A DNA stretch of 64,000 nucleotides from the NCBI GenBank assembly GCA_900549885.1, contig URQA01000001.1, positions 19,335-83,334 on the forward strand. Reading direction: 5' to 3'. The notes below the pieces were generated by a model, which made no database searches, had not been told where the DNA came from, and saw only the letters and a list, made by a program, of their open reading frames with translations. Position numbers and translations under genes: made by a program. Shown one piece after another: positions 9,808-20,129 of the stretch (position 1 is its first letter; the number at the start of each line of letters is the position of its first letter). The DNA is from an uncultured Eubacteriales bacterium. GTDB taxonomy: Bacteria > Bacillota > Clostridia > Oscillospirales > Oscillospiraceae.

Positions 9808-10755
9808 ATGAGCCAGGTCTGCATTGGTTTTGATACAAGCAACTACACCACATCTGCCGCCTGGTTTGACGGCCAGACAGGAGAGAACCAGGGGAAGCTT
9901 CTTACCGTCCCGGAAGGGGCCTTGGGCCTGCGGCAGAGCGAGGCATTGTTCCAGCATGTCAAGCGCCTGCACCAGATGACGCAGGCGCTGTGCGCCCAGT
10001 CTCTCCCAGGGGGGATAGCCGCCGTGGGCGCCTCCACCCGGCCCAGAGAGGTGGAAGGCTCCTACATGCCCTGCTTTCTGGTGGGGGAAGGGCAGGCCAA
10101 AACCCTGGCCGCCGTACTGGGTGTGCCGTTTTATTCCTGTTCCCACCAGCAGGGGCATATTGCAGCGGCGGCCTGGTCCGCTGGGCGGCCGGACCTGCTG
10201 GACCAGCCCCATTTGGCCTGGCACCTGTCGGGAGGAACTACGGAGCTGCTCTATGTACAGCCGCAGGGCCACACGGTAGCGGCCCAGGTAATCGGGGGGA
10301 CATCGGATATTTCGGCCGGACAGCTGGTGGACCGGGTGGGGGTGGCTTTAGGGTTACCATTCCCCGCTGGGAAGGAACTGGACAAGCTGGCTGGGCAGTC
10401 GGATTGCCAGGCGCGTTTCCAAGTTAAGCTCCAGAACAGTCGATTTTCTCTATCGGGCATGGAGAATAAAATCAAGGATATGATCGGTGCCGGGACTCCC
10501 GCGCCGGACGTAGCCCGGTATACGTTTGAGACTCTGGCCCTGGTTCTGAACCGCGCTACGCAAGCGGCATGGGGAGACTATGGACGCTTGCCCGTGCTCT
10601 GTTCAGGCGGAGTTGCCTCCAGCAATTTGCTGCGGCAGCGGCTGGATCCTTTACAGGCGGTGTTCGCTCCGCCGCAGTATTCTACTGATAATGCGCTGGG
10701 GGTGGCGATTCTGGCCCAGCGGGCGCTGGAGCGGAGGGTGGACCCATGCACTTGA
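9808..10755 (+). CDS. Kae1/TsaD-like (peptidase M22 fold) paralog
   Basis: GFDTSNYTTS, HQQGH, HLSGGTT, DISAGQLVDR, GGVAS, TDNA. Confidence 0.85.
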   Translation: MSQVCIGFDTSNYTTSAAWFDGQTGENQGKLLTVPEGALGLRQSEALFQHVKRLHQMTQALCAQSLPGGIAAVGASTRPREVEGSYMPCFLVGEGQAKTLAAVLGVPFYSCSHQQGHIAAAAWSAGRPDLLDQPHLAWHLSGGTTELLYVQPQGHTVAAQVIGGTSDISAGQLVDRVGVALGLPFPAGKELDKLAGQSDCQARFQVKLQNSRFSLSGMENKIKDMIGAGTPAPDVARYTFETLALVLNRATQAAWGDYGRLPVLCSGGVASSNLLRQRLDPLQAVFAPPQYSTDNALGVAILAQRALERRVDPCT

Positions 10756-11978
10756 GCGAGCTACCGGTCTATTCTGTCTGGCAGGTCAATCAATATGTCA
10801 AACAGAGGATGGATGAGGACCAACTGCTGGCGGGGCTGCTGGTCCGGGGTGAAATTTCAAACTATAAAAAATATCCCTCCGGCCACCACTATTTTTCCCT
10901 CAAGGATGACAGAGGAGCCATCCGGTGTGTCTTGTTCCGGGGAGACGCTTTCCGCCTGCGGTTCCAGCCATCCAACGGGATGCGTGTGGTGGCCTATGGC
11001 CGTGTTTCTGTCTTTCCCAGAGACGGGCAGTATCAGTTGTACTGCACAGAGCTGTTTGCTGATGGACAAGGAGATCTTCATGCTGCCTTTGAACAGTTGA
11101 AAGAGCGTCTAGCCAGGGAGGGACTGTTTGAACAGGATGCCAAGCAGCCGCTGCCGCACTATCCTGGAAAAATCGCCTTGATCACTTCTCCTGCAGGCGC
11201 GGCGGTGCGCGATATGATCCGCATACTTCGGACCCGCTGGCCTATGGCCCAGGTGCTGGTGGTGCCAGTGCGTGTTCAAGGGGAAGGCGCGGCGTCAGAA
11301 ATCGCCGCCGCCATCCATGCGGTCAACAACTTGGCTGGGGTGGACCTCATTATCACCGGCCGGGGCGGCGGTTCCATGGAAGACCTGTGGGCCTTTAACG
11401 AAGAAGTGGTGGCCCGGGCTATTTTTATCTCCAATATTCCAGTGATCTCTGCCGTGGGGCATGAGCCGGACGTGACCATTGCCGACTATGTGGCCGATCT
11501 GCGGGCGGCCACTCCCTCCAACGGCGCAGAATTGGCAGTGCCGGACCAAGGGGAGGTGCGGAAGCTGCTCCAGCAGCTGGAACGGCGGATGGCCCACGCC
11601 ATATTGTCCCGGCTGGACAGCCAGCGCCGTCGGCTGTCCCAGCTGCGGCAGGCGCGGGTTTTGCAGAGCATGAAGGCGCCGATTGAGGACCGGCGCATGC
11701 TGCTGGATTTTTTACAGCGCAGACTGTCTTCCGCCTGCGAAGACCGGCTGAAGACAGGGAGGGCGGAACTGGCCCGCCTGAGTGCGGGGCTGGACGCTAT
11801 GAGTCCGCTCAAGGTATTGTCCAGAGGGTATTCCATCGCCCGGAGGGACGGACAGGTGATACAGCGGATCGATCAGACAGAGCCTGGCGACAGGCTGGAA
11901 ATCCTGATCACGGACGGAAAGCTGTTGTGCCAGGTAGAGGGGAAGGAGAACATCAAATGGCAGCAAAAAAGCAAATGA
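10746..11978 (+). CDS. xseA: Exodeoxyribonuclease VII large subunit
   Basis: GEISN, SGHHYFSLKD, RGGGSMEDLWAFN, SAVGHE, ATPS. Confidence 0.97.
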   Translation: MHLSELPVYSVWQVNQYVKQRMDEDQLLAGLLVRGEISNYKKYPSGHHYFSLKDDRGAIRCVLFRGDAFRLRFQPSNGMRVVAYGRVSVFPRDGQYQLYCTELFADGQGDLHAAFEQLKERLAREGLFEQDAKQPLPHYPGKIALITSPAGAAVRDMIRILRTRWPMAQVLVVPVRVQGEGAASEIAAAIHAVNNLAGVDLIITGRGGGSMEDLWAFNEEVVARAIFISNIPVISAVGHEPDVTIADYVADLRAATPSNGAELAVPDQGEVRKLLQQLERRMAHAILSRLDSQRRRLSQLRQARVLQSMKAPIEDRRMLLDFLQRRLSSACEDRLKTGRAELARLSAGLDAMSPLKVLSRGYSIARRDGQVIQRIDQTEPGDRLEILITDGKLLCQVEGKENIKWQQKSK

Positions 11979-12202
11979 GCTTTGAACAGGCGATGGACCG
12001 GCTGGAGGAAATCGTGAAAAAGCTGGAAAGCGGCGACGGATCTCTGGATCAAGCGCTCACCCTGTTTGAAGAAGGCAGCAAGCTGGCCGGTGCCTGTACA
12101 GCCATGCTGGATCAGGCGGAGCAGAAGGTGACCAAGCTTCTCTCATTAGAAAGCAGCGCGGAAGCGCCCTTTGATGCCGACAACAGCCAGGGTACCAACT
12201 GA
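11957..12202 (+). CDS. xseB: Exodeoxyribonuclease VII small subunit
   Basis: SFEQAMDRLEEIVKKLESG..L...L..FEEG. Confidence 0.95.
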   Translation: MAAKKQMSFEQAMDRLEEIVKKLESGDGSLDQALTLFEEGSKLAGACTAMLDQAEQKVTKLLSLESSAEAPFDADNSQGTN

Positions 12203-12250
12203 CTGGAACCGAAAAAGGATTGTTTCAAACAGAAAGGGTGGAGGCATACC

Positions 12251-13126
12251 GTGGAGTATCAACAAGAGATGGAGCGGCAGCGCCAGATGATCGAGGCCCG
12301 TCTTGGGCAGGCGTTTCCCGGACAGGGGCTTGGTCAGGCTATGGCGTACAGTCTGATGGCTGGAGGGAAGCGCATTCGGCCCATTTTGACCCTGGAATTT
12401 TGCAGGGCTGCGGGGGGGGATCCGCAACAGGCTTTGGATGCGGCCTGTGGTGTGGAAATGCTTCACACCTATTCTCTGATTCATGATGATCTTCCCTGTA
12501 TGGACAATGACGATCTGCGCCGAGGGAAGCCCACCTGCCACAAGGTCTATGGGGAGTGCACGGCCACTCTGGCAGGGGACGCCCTCCAGTCCGCAGCGTT
12601 TGAATGGGTCCTGACTTGTCCCGCCTTGGAGGATGCGGTGCGGGCGCGGATGGGGCTGATTCTGGCCCGAGCGGCAGGGCTGGACGGTATGTGCGGCGGC
12701 CAGTATCTGGATATGGAAGCAGAAGGCACTCAGCCCTCTCTGGAAGAATTGACTTTGATTCACGGGCGGAAAACAGCTGCCTTGCTCCGTGCGGCCTGCC
12801 AGATTGGTGTGCTGTGTGCCGGGCTTCAGCCCCATACGGATGCCAATTTATCTGCGGCGGGAGATTATGCAGAACACCTTGGAATGGCCTTTCAAATTAG
12901 GGACGATCTGCTTGATGCTACCTCTACCACTGAAACGCTGGGTAAGCCTGTTGGTTCTGACCAGACCAATGGAAAGCATACCTTTGTCTCTCTGTTAGGG
13001 CGGGAGGACAGCTCGGCTCTGGTACTAGAACACACCCGTTTGGCCCAGGAGGCGCTGAAACGATTCCAGGGCAATACGGCATTTTTGGAACGGCTGGCGG
13101 AGGAGTTGGCTGGACGCGACCACTAA
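12251..13126 (+). CDS. ispA: Farnesyl diphosphate synthase
   Basis: GGKRIRP, HDDLPCMDNDDLRRGKP, FQIRDD. Confidence 0.95.
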   Translation: MEYQQEMERQRQMIEARLGQAFPGQGLGQAMAYSLMAGGKRIRPILTLEFCRAAGGDPQQALDAACGVEMLHTYSLIHDDLPCMDNDDLRRGKPTCHKVYGECTATLAGDALQSAAFEWVLTCPALEDAVRARMGLILARAAGLDGMCGGQYLDMEAEGTQPSLEELTLIHGRKTAALLRAACQIGVLCAGLQPHTDANLSAAGDYAEHLGMAFQIRDDLLDATSTTETLGKPVGSDQTNGKHTFVSLLGREDSSALVLEHTRLAQEALKRFQGNTAFLERLAEELAGRDH

Positions 13127-13143
13127 AATCAGGAGATGACGAC

Positions 13144-13581
13144 ATGGTAAATCAGGTCTTGGTGCTTTCCGCCTGTTCCTGGGCGCTTGCACAGGTGCTG
13201 AAATTTTTGCTGTCTGCCATTACCAATCGGAAGTTCGAGCTTTACTACCTCCTGACGGGAGGTGGTATGCCCAGCTCCCATTCTTCTTTTGTCTGCACCT
13301 GTGCTACCTGTACCGCTATTTTGACAGGAGTGGACTCGGTGACCTTTGCCATCAGTGTTGTGCTGGCCCTGGTGGTGATGTATGATGCGGCTAATGTCCG
13401 GAAGGAAACCGGCGAACAGGCGAAGGTACTCAATTACATCATGGAAAATTGGGGCAGCCAAAAGCCGGAGCTTTTTGCGGAAGAACTTAAGGAACTGATT
13501 GGGCATACCTGGCTCCAGGTAGGGGCCGGACTGGTATTGGGAATCCTTGTGGGCGTAGTCGGATGCGCCCTGTGGCCCTAA
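13144..13581 (+). CDS. Divergent PAP2 (DUF212) family protein
   Basis: GGMPSSHS, VMYDA.NVR, LKELIGHT. Confidence 0.9.
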   Translation: MVNQVLVLSACSWALAQVLKFLLSAITNRKFELYYLLTGGGMPSSHSSFVCTCATCTAILTGVDSVTFAISVVLALVVMYDAANVRKETGEQAKVLNYIMENWGSQKPELFAEELKELIGHTWLQVGAGLVLGILVGVVGCALWP

Positions 13582-13622
13582 ATGAACGTAGATACATGGC
13601 GCGTTGCAGGAGGTGAGGGACT

Positions 13623-15455
13623 ATGCCGGAGGATTTGAGCCGGATCACAGATCAACAGGCGGAACAATTGTGCGCACAGCTGCGGGAACGGCTGATCGAA
13701 GTTGTTTCCCAGACGGGGGGGCACTTAGCGTCCAATCTGGGCGTAGTGGAACTCACCGTAGCGATCCACCGGGTATTTCATACTGAGTGGGACAGGCTGG
13801 TGTTTGATGTGGGACACCAGTGCTATTGCCATAAGATATTGACCGGGCGGAACGGGGCTATGGAGACACTGCGGTCCTTTGGCGGGCTGTCTGGATTTCC
13901 CAAGCCCAATGAGAGCCGTTCGGACGCTTTTGTGGCTGGGCACGCATCCAACGCTGTATCTGTGGCCCTGGGGATGGCCAGAGCCAGGACGCTGCTGGGG
14001 GAAGATTATGATGTGCTCGCCCTGCTGGGAGATGGGGCTCTCACTGGAGGGTTGGCCTATGAAGGGCTGACCAATGCGGGACAGAGTGGAGAGCGGCTTA
14101 TTGTCATTCTCAATGATAACGGCATGTCTATTACCCCCAATGTGGGTAGCATCGCCAACTATTTAGCTCACCAGCGGCTCAAGCCGCAATATCTGCGGCT
14201 GAAAAAGCTGTACCGGGGACTGACGGGCCATGGCCCGGTGGGCCGGGCAGTCTATCACTTTACCCATGTGGTCAAAAAAGCGGTTAAGGATGCGATCCTT
14301 CCGTGCAGCATGTTTGAGGATATGGGATTTTCCTATGTGGGTCCGGTGGACGGGCACGACGTCAAACAGCTCACTCGGGTGCTGACTTACGCCAAAGATC
14401 TAGGCGGTCCGGTACTGGTCCATGTCAAAACGCAAAAGGGGAAGGGCTATCCCTTGGCAGAGCGAGAGCCTGACCGTTTTCACGGGATTGGTCCCTTTGA
14501 CCCAGAGACAGGAGAGAACCTGCGGGGAGGGAGTGCCAGCTTTTCGGCTGTGTTCGGACAGTCCCTCTGCCAGCTAGCAGAGCAGGATGGCCGCATTTGC
14601 GCCATTACGGCGGCCATGCAGTCGGGAACTGGATTGGATGAGTTTGCCCGTCGGTTTCCTGCACGCTTTTTTGATGTTGGCATCACAGAGGGGCATGCCG
14701 TATCTATGGCAGGTGGTATGGCGAAACAGCGCCTGCTGCCAGTGTTTGCCGTCTACTCTACCTTTTTGCAGCGTTCTTACGATATGCTGCTCCATGACGT
14801 GGCGTTGCAAAAACTCCATGTGGTGCTGGCGGTGGACCGTGCTGGGCTGGTGGGCGAGGACGGGGAGACCCACCAGGGGATATTTGATATCGCATACCTC
14901 AGTTCCGTACCTGGCATGAGTATTCTGTGCCCTGCCAGCTTCGCGGAATTAAAAGCCATGCTGGAACATGCTCTGTTCAAAATGCGCGGGCCTGTGGCCG
15001 TGCGCTATCCCCGAGGGGGAGAGGGGCGGTTCCGGCAAAACCTGGGCGTAGAGGGGACTGCCATGGCGCGCCGGGGAAATGACATCACGCTGATTGCCTA
15101 TGGGACAATGATTAACGTAGCGCTGGATGCGGCGGACCAGCTGGAACAGCAGGGGATCTCTGTCCGCGTCCTGAAGCTCAACAGCATTCGACCTTTAGAC
15201 ATAGGTCCCATTCAGCAAGCCGCGCTGGAGACCCGTCACCTGCTGGTGGCAGAGGAGTGTGGATCTCCTGGCTGCGCTGGACACCAGATTGCAGCTAAAC
15301 TTTTAGAAACTGGGATGGTTCCCAATACTTTGACGCTGGTCAATCTGGGAGAGCAGTTCGTCCCCCATGGCACGGTGGACCAGTTGCGGAAACTGTGCGG
15401 GATCGATGCGGCGTCCATTGTGCAAAAGGCGTGGGAGGTGTTGGGCCGTGGCTAA
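13623..15455 (+). CDS. dxs: 1-deoxy-D-xylulose-5-phosphate synthase
   Basis: GGHLASNLGVVELT, DVGHQ, GDGALTGG, LNDN, DRAGLVGEDGETH. Confidence 0.98.
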   Translation: MPEDLSRITDQQAEQLCAQLRERLIEVVSQTGGHLASNLGVVELTVAIHRVFHTEWDRLVFDVGHQCYCHKILTGRNGAMETLRSFGGLSGFPKPNESRSDAFVAGHASNAVSVALGMARARTLLGEDYDVLALLGDGALTGGLAYEGLTNAGQSGERLIVILNDNGMSITPNVGSIANYLAHQRLKPQYLRLKKLYRGLTGHGPVGRAVYHFTHVVKKAVKDAILPCSMFEDMGFSYVGPVDGHDVKQLTRVLTYAKDLGGPVLVHVKTQKGKGYPLAEREPDRFHGIGPFDPETGENLRGGSASFSAVFGQSLCQLAEQDGRICAITAAMQSGTGLDEFARRFPARFFDVGITEGHAVSMAGGMAKQRLLPVFAVYSTFLQRSYDMLLHDVALQKLHVVLAVDRAGLVGEDGETHQGIFDIAYLSSVPGMSILCPASFAELKAMLEHALFKMRGPVAVRYPRGGEGRFRQNLGVEGTAMARRGNDITLIAYGTMINVALDAADQLEQQGISVRVLKLNSIRPLDIGPIQQAALETRHLLVAEECGSPGCAGHQIAAKLLETGMVPNTLTLVNLGEQFVPHGTVDQLRKLCGIDAASIVQKAWEVLGRG

Positions 15456-16248
15456 AAAGCGATTAGATGTCCTAATGGTGGAGCAGGGCTTGGCGGAGAG
15501 CCGTCAGAAGGCCCAGGCCCTCATTATGGCCGGGCAGGTCTTTGTGGGCGAGCGGAGGTATGACAAGGCCGGTATCTCTGTGAACGAGTCCGTCCGGCTG
15601 GAGGTCCGCGGACAGGCACTGCGGTATGTCAGCCGCGGCGGCTTGAAGCTGGAAAAGGCGATGACCTGTTTTCCCATCCGTCTTGACGGGTGCATAGCGG
15701 CGGACATCGGCGCTTCCACCGGCGGCTTTACGGACTGTATGCTCCAAAACGGAGCCTCCAAGGTCTACGCTGTGGACGTCGGGTACGGACAACTGGCGTG
15801 GTCAATCCGAAGCGATAAGCGAGTAGTCTGCCTGGAGCGGACCAACGCCCGCTATTTGACGAAAGAGCAGATCCCAGAGCCATTGGATTTTGCCTCTATC
15901 GACGTATCTTTTATCTCTTTGAAGCTGATTCTTCCTGCCCTGCGCCCGCTCATGGCGGAGAATGGCCAGGTGGTGGCTTTGGTCAAGCCTCAATTTGAAG
16001 CTGGCCGGGAAAAAGTGGGGAAAAAGGGCGTAGTCCGTGATTCCGCTGTTCATCAAGAGGTTCTGGAACACTTTCTGGTACATGCAGATGAGGCGGATTT
16101 CTCAGTAAAGGGATTAACCTTTTCACCCATTCGAGGGCCGGAAGGGAATATCGAATATCTCGGATATTTGTCTGTGGGGCGCGGCGTGCCCTGCGAAGAG
16201 GACCTGGTGGAGCTGGTCAAGCGTTCCCACCAGGTGTTGGAGGGATAG
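15448..16248 (+). CDS. tlyA: TlyA family rRNA methyltransferase
   Basis: S4 domain KKRLD, YVSRGGLKL, DIGASTGGFTD, KPQFEAG, GNIEY. Confidence 0.95.
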   Translation: MAKKRLDVLMVEQGLAESRQKAQALIMAGQVFVGERRYDKAGISVNESVRLEVRGQALRYVSRGGLKLEKAMTCFPIRLDGCIAADIGASTGGFTDCMLQNGASKVYAVDVGYGQLAWSIRSDKRVVCLERTNARYLTKEQIPEPLDFASIDVSFISLKLILPALRPLMAENGQVVALVKPQFEAGREKVGKKGVVRDSAVHQEVLEHFLVHADEADFSVKGLTFSPIRGPEGNIEYLGYLSVGRGVPCEEDLVELVKRSHQVLEG

Positions 16249-16251
16249 CTC

Positions 16252-17118
16252 GTGAACGTCATTCTCAGTCCAAATCCCTATCGTGACTTGGGGCTGAAGG
16301 CAGCCCAGTCGGCCAAGAAAATATTGGAGCACCATGGGGTAGAGACTTCCATTTGCCTACCTTTTTCTTTGGACGAACGCAGCCGGGTGGAAATCCCCTC
16401 ACACCTGAAGCTGACAGCTATGGAGAAAGCTCTTCCAGGGGCGGATATGCTCATCTGTTTTGGCGGGGACGGAACGATTCTCCATGCTGCGAAAGATGCC
16501 AATCCTTATCAGATTCCCATTCTCGGGGTAAATATGGGCAGTGTAGGCTTTATGGCCGAGCTGGAACACAGCGAATTGTCCCTCCTTTCCCGTCTGGTCA
16601 GCGGAAAGTATGTGGTGGAGGAGCGCATGATGCTGGAGACTGTAGTCAAACGGGAAGGGAAGGTTGTCTATCGGGACACAGCCCTGAACGACGCTGTACT
16701 CACGAAAGGGTCGGTGGCCCGGGTGCTTGACTTGGAGGTGACAGGGGACCGGGTAACCATTACCGCTTTCTCCGGCGATGGGGTGATTATATGTACACCA
16801 ACCGGTTCCACGGCTTACTCCATGGCCGCAGGAGGTCCTATTGTCGAGCCATCGGCGAAAAATATCATTGTGACCCCGATCTGTGCCCACTCGCTCAAGG
16901 TCAAGCCTATGGTGCTGGACCGGGACCGCACAGTGGGGGTTCGTTTGGAGCAGGGTAGCCGCCGCAGCGCCTATCTGTCGGTGGATGGTGGAAAATCGTA
17001 CAAGGTGCTGTCCAGCGACCGGGTTGAGGTGCGCCGGGCTGAACAGGTAACCCGCCTCATTCGGCTGTCTGGCCGCAGCTTTTATGAATTGATTCATCAG
17101 AAACTGGGGAAGGGGTGA
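16252..17118 (+). CDS. nadK: NAD kinase
   Basis: GGDGT, GVNMG.VGF, LND, DG.II.TPTGSTAYS. Confidence 0.95.
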   Translation: MNVILSPNPYRDLGLKAAQSAKKILEHHGVETSICLPFSLDERSRVEIPSHLKLTAMEKALPGADMLICFGGDGTILHAAKDANPYQIPILGVNMGSVGFMAELEHSELSLLSRLVSGKYVVEERMMLETVVKREGKVVYRDTALNDAVLTKGSVARVLDLEVTGDRVTITAFSGDGVIICTPTGSTAYSMAAGGPIVEPSAKNIIVTPICAHSLKVKPMVLDRDRTVGVRLEQGSRRSAYLSVDGGKSYKVLSSDRVEVRRAEQVTRLIRLSGRSFYELIHQKLGKG

Positions 17119-17124
17119 CATCGG

Positions 17125-17580
17125 ATGAAAGAAAAACGGCAGGCAGAGATTGTCCGCATCATTTCTGAACAGGATGTAGAGACTCAGGAGCAGTTGTTAG
17201 CCCAGCTGGAGTTGCGAGGCATCCGGGTGACTCAAGCCACGGTTTCCAGGGACATCAAGGAACTGCACTTGGTCAAGGTACCCGCTGGGAATGGCGCCTA
17301 CCGCTATGCGGTGGTAAGCGGACAGCCCAGACGGCACAACCATACCGGACGGCTGCGCAATATTTTCCGGGAGGGAGTGACCTCCTTTGACGCGGCTCAA
17401 AACCTGGTGGTCGTAAAGACCATGCCAGGGTTGGGTTCTGCCGCGGGAGCCGCTTTGGACGATATGGAGATTGACGGTTTTGTGGGCTCTCTGGCGGGGG
17501 ATGACACGGTGCTTCTCATTATGCGTACCAATGAGGATGCAGAGACTTTTTTGGACGAGATACGGTCTATGCTGGAATGA
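17125..17580 (+). CDS. argR: Arginine repressor
   Basis: TQATVSRDIKEL, GSLAGDDT. Confidence 0.96.
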   Translation: MKEKRQAEIVRIISEQDVETQEQLLAQLELRGIRVTQATVSRDIKELHLVKVPAGNGAYRYAVVSGQPRRHNHTGRLRNIFREGVTSFDAAQNLVVVKTMPGLGSAAGAALDDMEIDGFVGSLAGDDTVLLIMRTNEDAETFLDEIRSMLE

Positions 17581-17591
17581 GGTGACGAGAG

Positions 17592-19292
17592 ATGCTCTCA
17601 CTGCTTCATATCGAAAATATCGCGGTGATCTTCCAGGCAGATATCGCTTTTGAGCCGGGATTTAATGTACTCACCGGCGAGACGGGCGCAGGCAAGTCTA
17701 TTGTCATTGACTCTATTGGGGCGGTCATTGGAGCGCGCACCAGCCGGGACCTAATCCGGACTGGCGCAAAGTCCGCCAGAGTATCTGCCGTGTTTCAACA
17801 GTTGCCCGCCTTACCTTGGTTTGACCAACAGGACATTCACCCGGATGAGAATGGTCAGCTGTTGGTGGAGCGTTCCATTCAGCCTGATGGAAAGACTGCC
17901 TGCCGGGTCAATGGCCGGCCGATCCTGGTTAGCCAGTTGCGGGAATTGGGGCAGCAGCTGCTTAATATCCATGGCCAGCACGACGGCCAGCAGTTGTTGA
18001 ATGAGGCCTGTCACTTGGAATATCTGGACAGCTTTGGCGGGCTGGAAGCAGTCCGCGGACAGTTTCAGAGTGCTTATGACCAGGTACAGCGGCTTAGGAA
18101 TGATTTGGAATCTCTGGAAATGGATGAGTCGGAGAAGGCCCGGCGGATAGATACCCTCAACTATCAGATAGAGGAGCTGGAACGAGCCCAACTGCGTCCG
18201 GGAGAAGAGGAAGAATTGGTCCAGCGCCGGGACCTGTTGCGCAATGCTGAACGCATCACACAGGCCGTTGACGGCGCATGGCAGGCATTGAGCGGGGGAG
18301 ATGAGGAAAACGGGGCTGTCTCACTTTTGATGGCAGCGGAAGAAAGTCTGTCCTCAGGCGGACGGTACAGCGAGGAGCTGGCTAAGCTGGCATCTCAAGC
18401 GTCTGAGCTGCGCTATGCCTTAGACGACCTGGCCGAACAGGTCCGGGAGGCGCAGGCATCTCTTGATTTTTACCCGGGAGAACTAGACGAAGTAGAGGAA
18501 CGGCTGGATACGCTCTACCGCCTGAAACGGAAATATGGAGACAGCGTGGACGACATGTTGGACTATTTAGACCGCTGCCGAAAAGAACTGGATGAGATCC
18601 AGTTTTCTGAGGACCGGGCAAACCGCCTGGAACAGGAGTTAAATACGGCTCTTACCAAAGCCAGGAAGCAGGGGAAAGCCCTGTCTAACGCGCGTAAAAC
18701 AGCTGCGAAACAATTGGCCGAGCGGATTCAGGATGAGTTGCGACAGCTGGATATGTCCAAGGTGCACTTTCAGGTACAATTTGCCCCGAAAACAGGACAG
18801 GACGGGATGGACGCTACCGGGATGGATGAGGTACGTTTTCTCATGTCCGCCAACTTGGGAGAGGAGCTTCGTCCGATCCAAAAGATTGCTTCCGGCGGCG
18901 AATTGGCCCGCATTATGCTAGCGCTAAAAAATGTGCTGGCGGAAAACGATCAGGTGACCACCATGGTATTTGACGAGGTGGATACCGGGGTATCTGGCCG
19001 GGCGGCCCAGAAGGTGGCGGAGAAGCTTTATGAGGTGGCCAGAAATCGTCAAGTGCTGTGCGTGACCCATCTGCCCCAGATTGCCGCCATGGGGGATGTC
19101 CACTTTTCCGTGGAAAAAGGAGAGGCGCAGGGACGAACCTTTACCGCAGTGGAGCAGTTAGACCGGGATCACCGCCGTAGGGAGCTGGCCCGACTGACCA
19201 GCGGAGAGCACATCACCGCTACCGCTCTGGATGGGGCGGAGGAGATGCTCTCGGCCGCAGAGCAATGGAAAAAAGGGAGTGTCCAGCTTTGA
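17592..19292 (+). CDS. recN: DNA repair protein RecN
   Basis: LTGETGAGKS, HGQHD, ASGGELAR, FDEVDTGVSG, VTHLPQIA. Confidence 0.97.
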   Translation: MLSLLHIENIAVIFQADIAFEPGFNVLTGETGAGKSIVIDSIGAVIGARTSRDLIRTGAKSARVSAVFQQLPALPWFDQQDIHPDENGQLLVERSIQPDGKTACRVNGRPILVSQLRELGQQLLNIHGQHDGQQLLNEACHLEYLDSFGGLEAVRGQFQSAYDQVQRLRNDLESLEMDESEKARRIDTLNYQIEELERAQLRPGEEEELVQRRDLLRNAERITQAVDGAWQALSGGDEENGAVSLLMAAEESLSSGGRYSEELAKLASQASELRYALDDLAEQVREAQASLDFYPGELDEVEERLDTLYRLKRKYGDSVDDMLDYLDRCRKELDEIQFSEDRANRLEQELNTALTKARKQGKALSNARKTAAKQLAERIQDELRQLDMSKVHFQVQFAPKTGQDGMDATGMDEVRFLMSANLGEELRPIQKIASGGELARIMLALKNVLAENDQVTTMVFDEVDTGVSGRAAQKVAEKLYEVARNRQVLCVTHLPQIAAMGDVHFSVEKGEAQGRTFTAVEQLDRDHRRRELARLTSGEHITATALDGAEEMLSAAEQWKKGSVQL

Positions 19293-19843
19293 AGAAGCGG
19301 ATATTTTCCTCCCAATTGGCAGAAGCCATAGCACAGCCTGGCTGGGTCGGAGCCGGTCCGGCAGGTATCTCCTATCGGCAAATGGCAGTGGACGAGTCCG
19401 ACTCAGAGGACAAAGGCTATGTTCTCTGGAAAAGTTGGCAAGAAACCTATCTAGGTATGGTAGATTCCCGGTATCTGGCTGAGCTTACCATTGACAAGTG
19501 CGTGAAGATCGCTCAAAAGAGGCCGGAGAATACCATCGTGGCCCTAGATCAGCAAATCGTGGGCTTTGTATGCTGGCGCCCAAGCCGGGATGCGGGAGAA
19601 ACCGGGGAAATCTCTGCGCTTTATCTTCTGGGTTCATTCCAAGGCCGGGGTATCGGCAAGACGCTGATAGAGCTGGCCCTAGCCAAATTGAAGGACGATT
19701 CCGCAGTAATCGTATGGGTGCTGGCGGATCACAAGAAAGCCATCGGCTTCTTTGAGAGCTGTGGTTTTTTCCCCGACGGCGGAGAAAAATATTTAGATCT
19801 GGGTACCTCTGTGCGCTGTATCCGTATGATAAAAAAGAATTGA
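19289..19843 (+). CDS. GNAT family N-acetyltransferase (start uncertain)
   Basis: SWQETY, GEISALYL...QGRGIGK, VWVL..N/H..AI.F...GF. Confidence 0.85.
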   Translation: MKKRIFSSQLAEAIAQPGWVGAGPAGISYRQMAVDESDSEDKGYVLWKSWQETYLGMVDSRYLAELTIDKCVKIAQKRPENTIVALDQQIVGFVCWRPSRDAGETGEISALYLLGSFQGRGIGKTLIELALAKLKDDSAVIVWVLADHKKAIGFFESCGFFPDGGEKYLDLGTSVRCIRMIKKN

Positions 19844-19868
19844 CATTGGATTTTTCCTGTGTTATCAT
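19840..19868 (+). promoter_or_regulatory. SigA promoter of the T-box leader
   Basis: TTGACA-17-TATCAT with extended -10 TG. Confidence 0.75.
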
Positions 19869-19874
19869 CCATAC

Positions 19875-20129
19875 AATGCGTAGAAAGGGAAGAGTAAGTG
19901 TTGCCATCTTGTATAGAGAGCTCCCGTTTGGTGGAAGGGAGACAGGAACAGCGCCGAATACCCCCTGGAGCAGCCCCCTGAACAGATTATGTCTTATAGG
20001 GGAGGACGGGTGCGCCCGGTATAGCGTAGAAGTCATTGACTTGCTGAGGCCGTTTTCGCGAGATAACGGCGAACAGAGGTGGTACCGCGTTCATCGCCCT
20101 CTGTCCCAATGGGACAGGGGGTGTTTTTT
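19875..20129 (+). ncRNA. T-box riboswitch, tyrosine specifier
   Basis: AGAGAG and GGTGGAA stem-I motifs; GAA-TAC specifier at 19959-19961; antiterminator AGAGG-TGGTACC-GCG...CGC-CCTCT; terminator hairpin plus T run; tyrS downstream. Confidence 0.93.
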
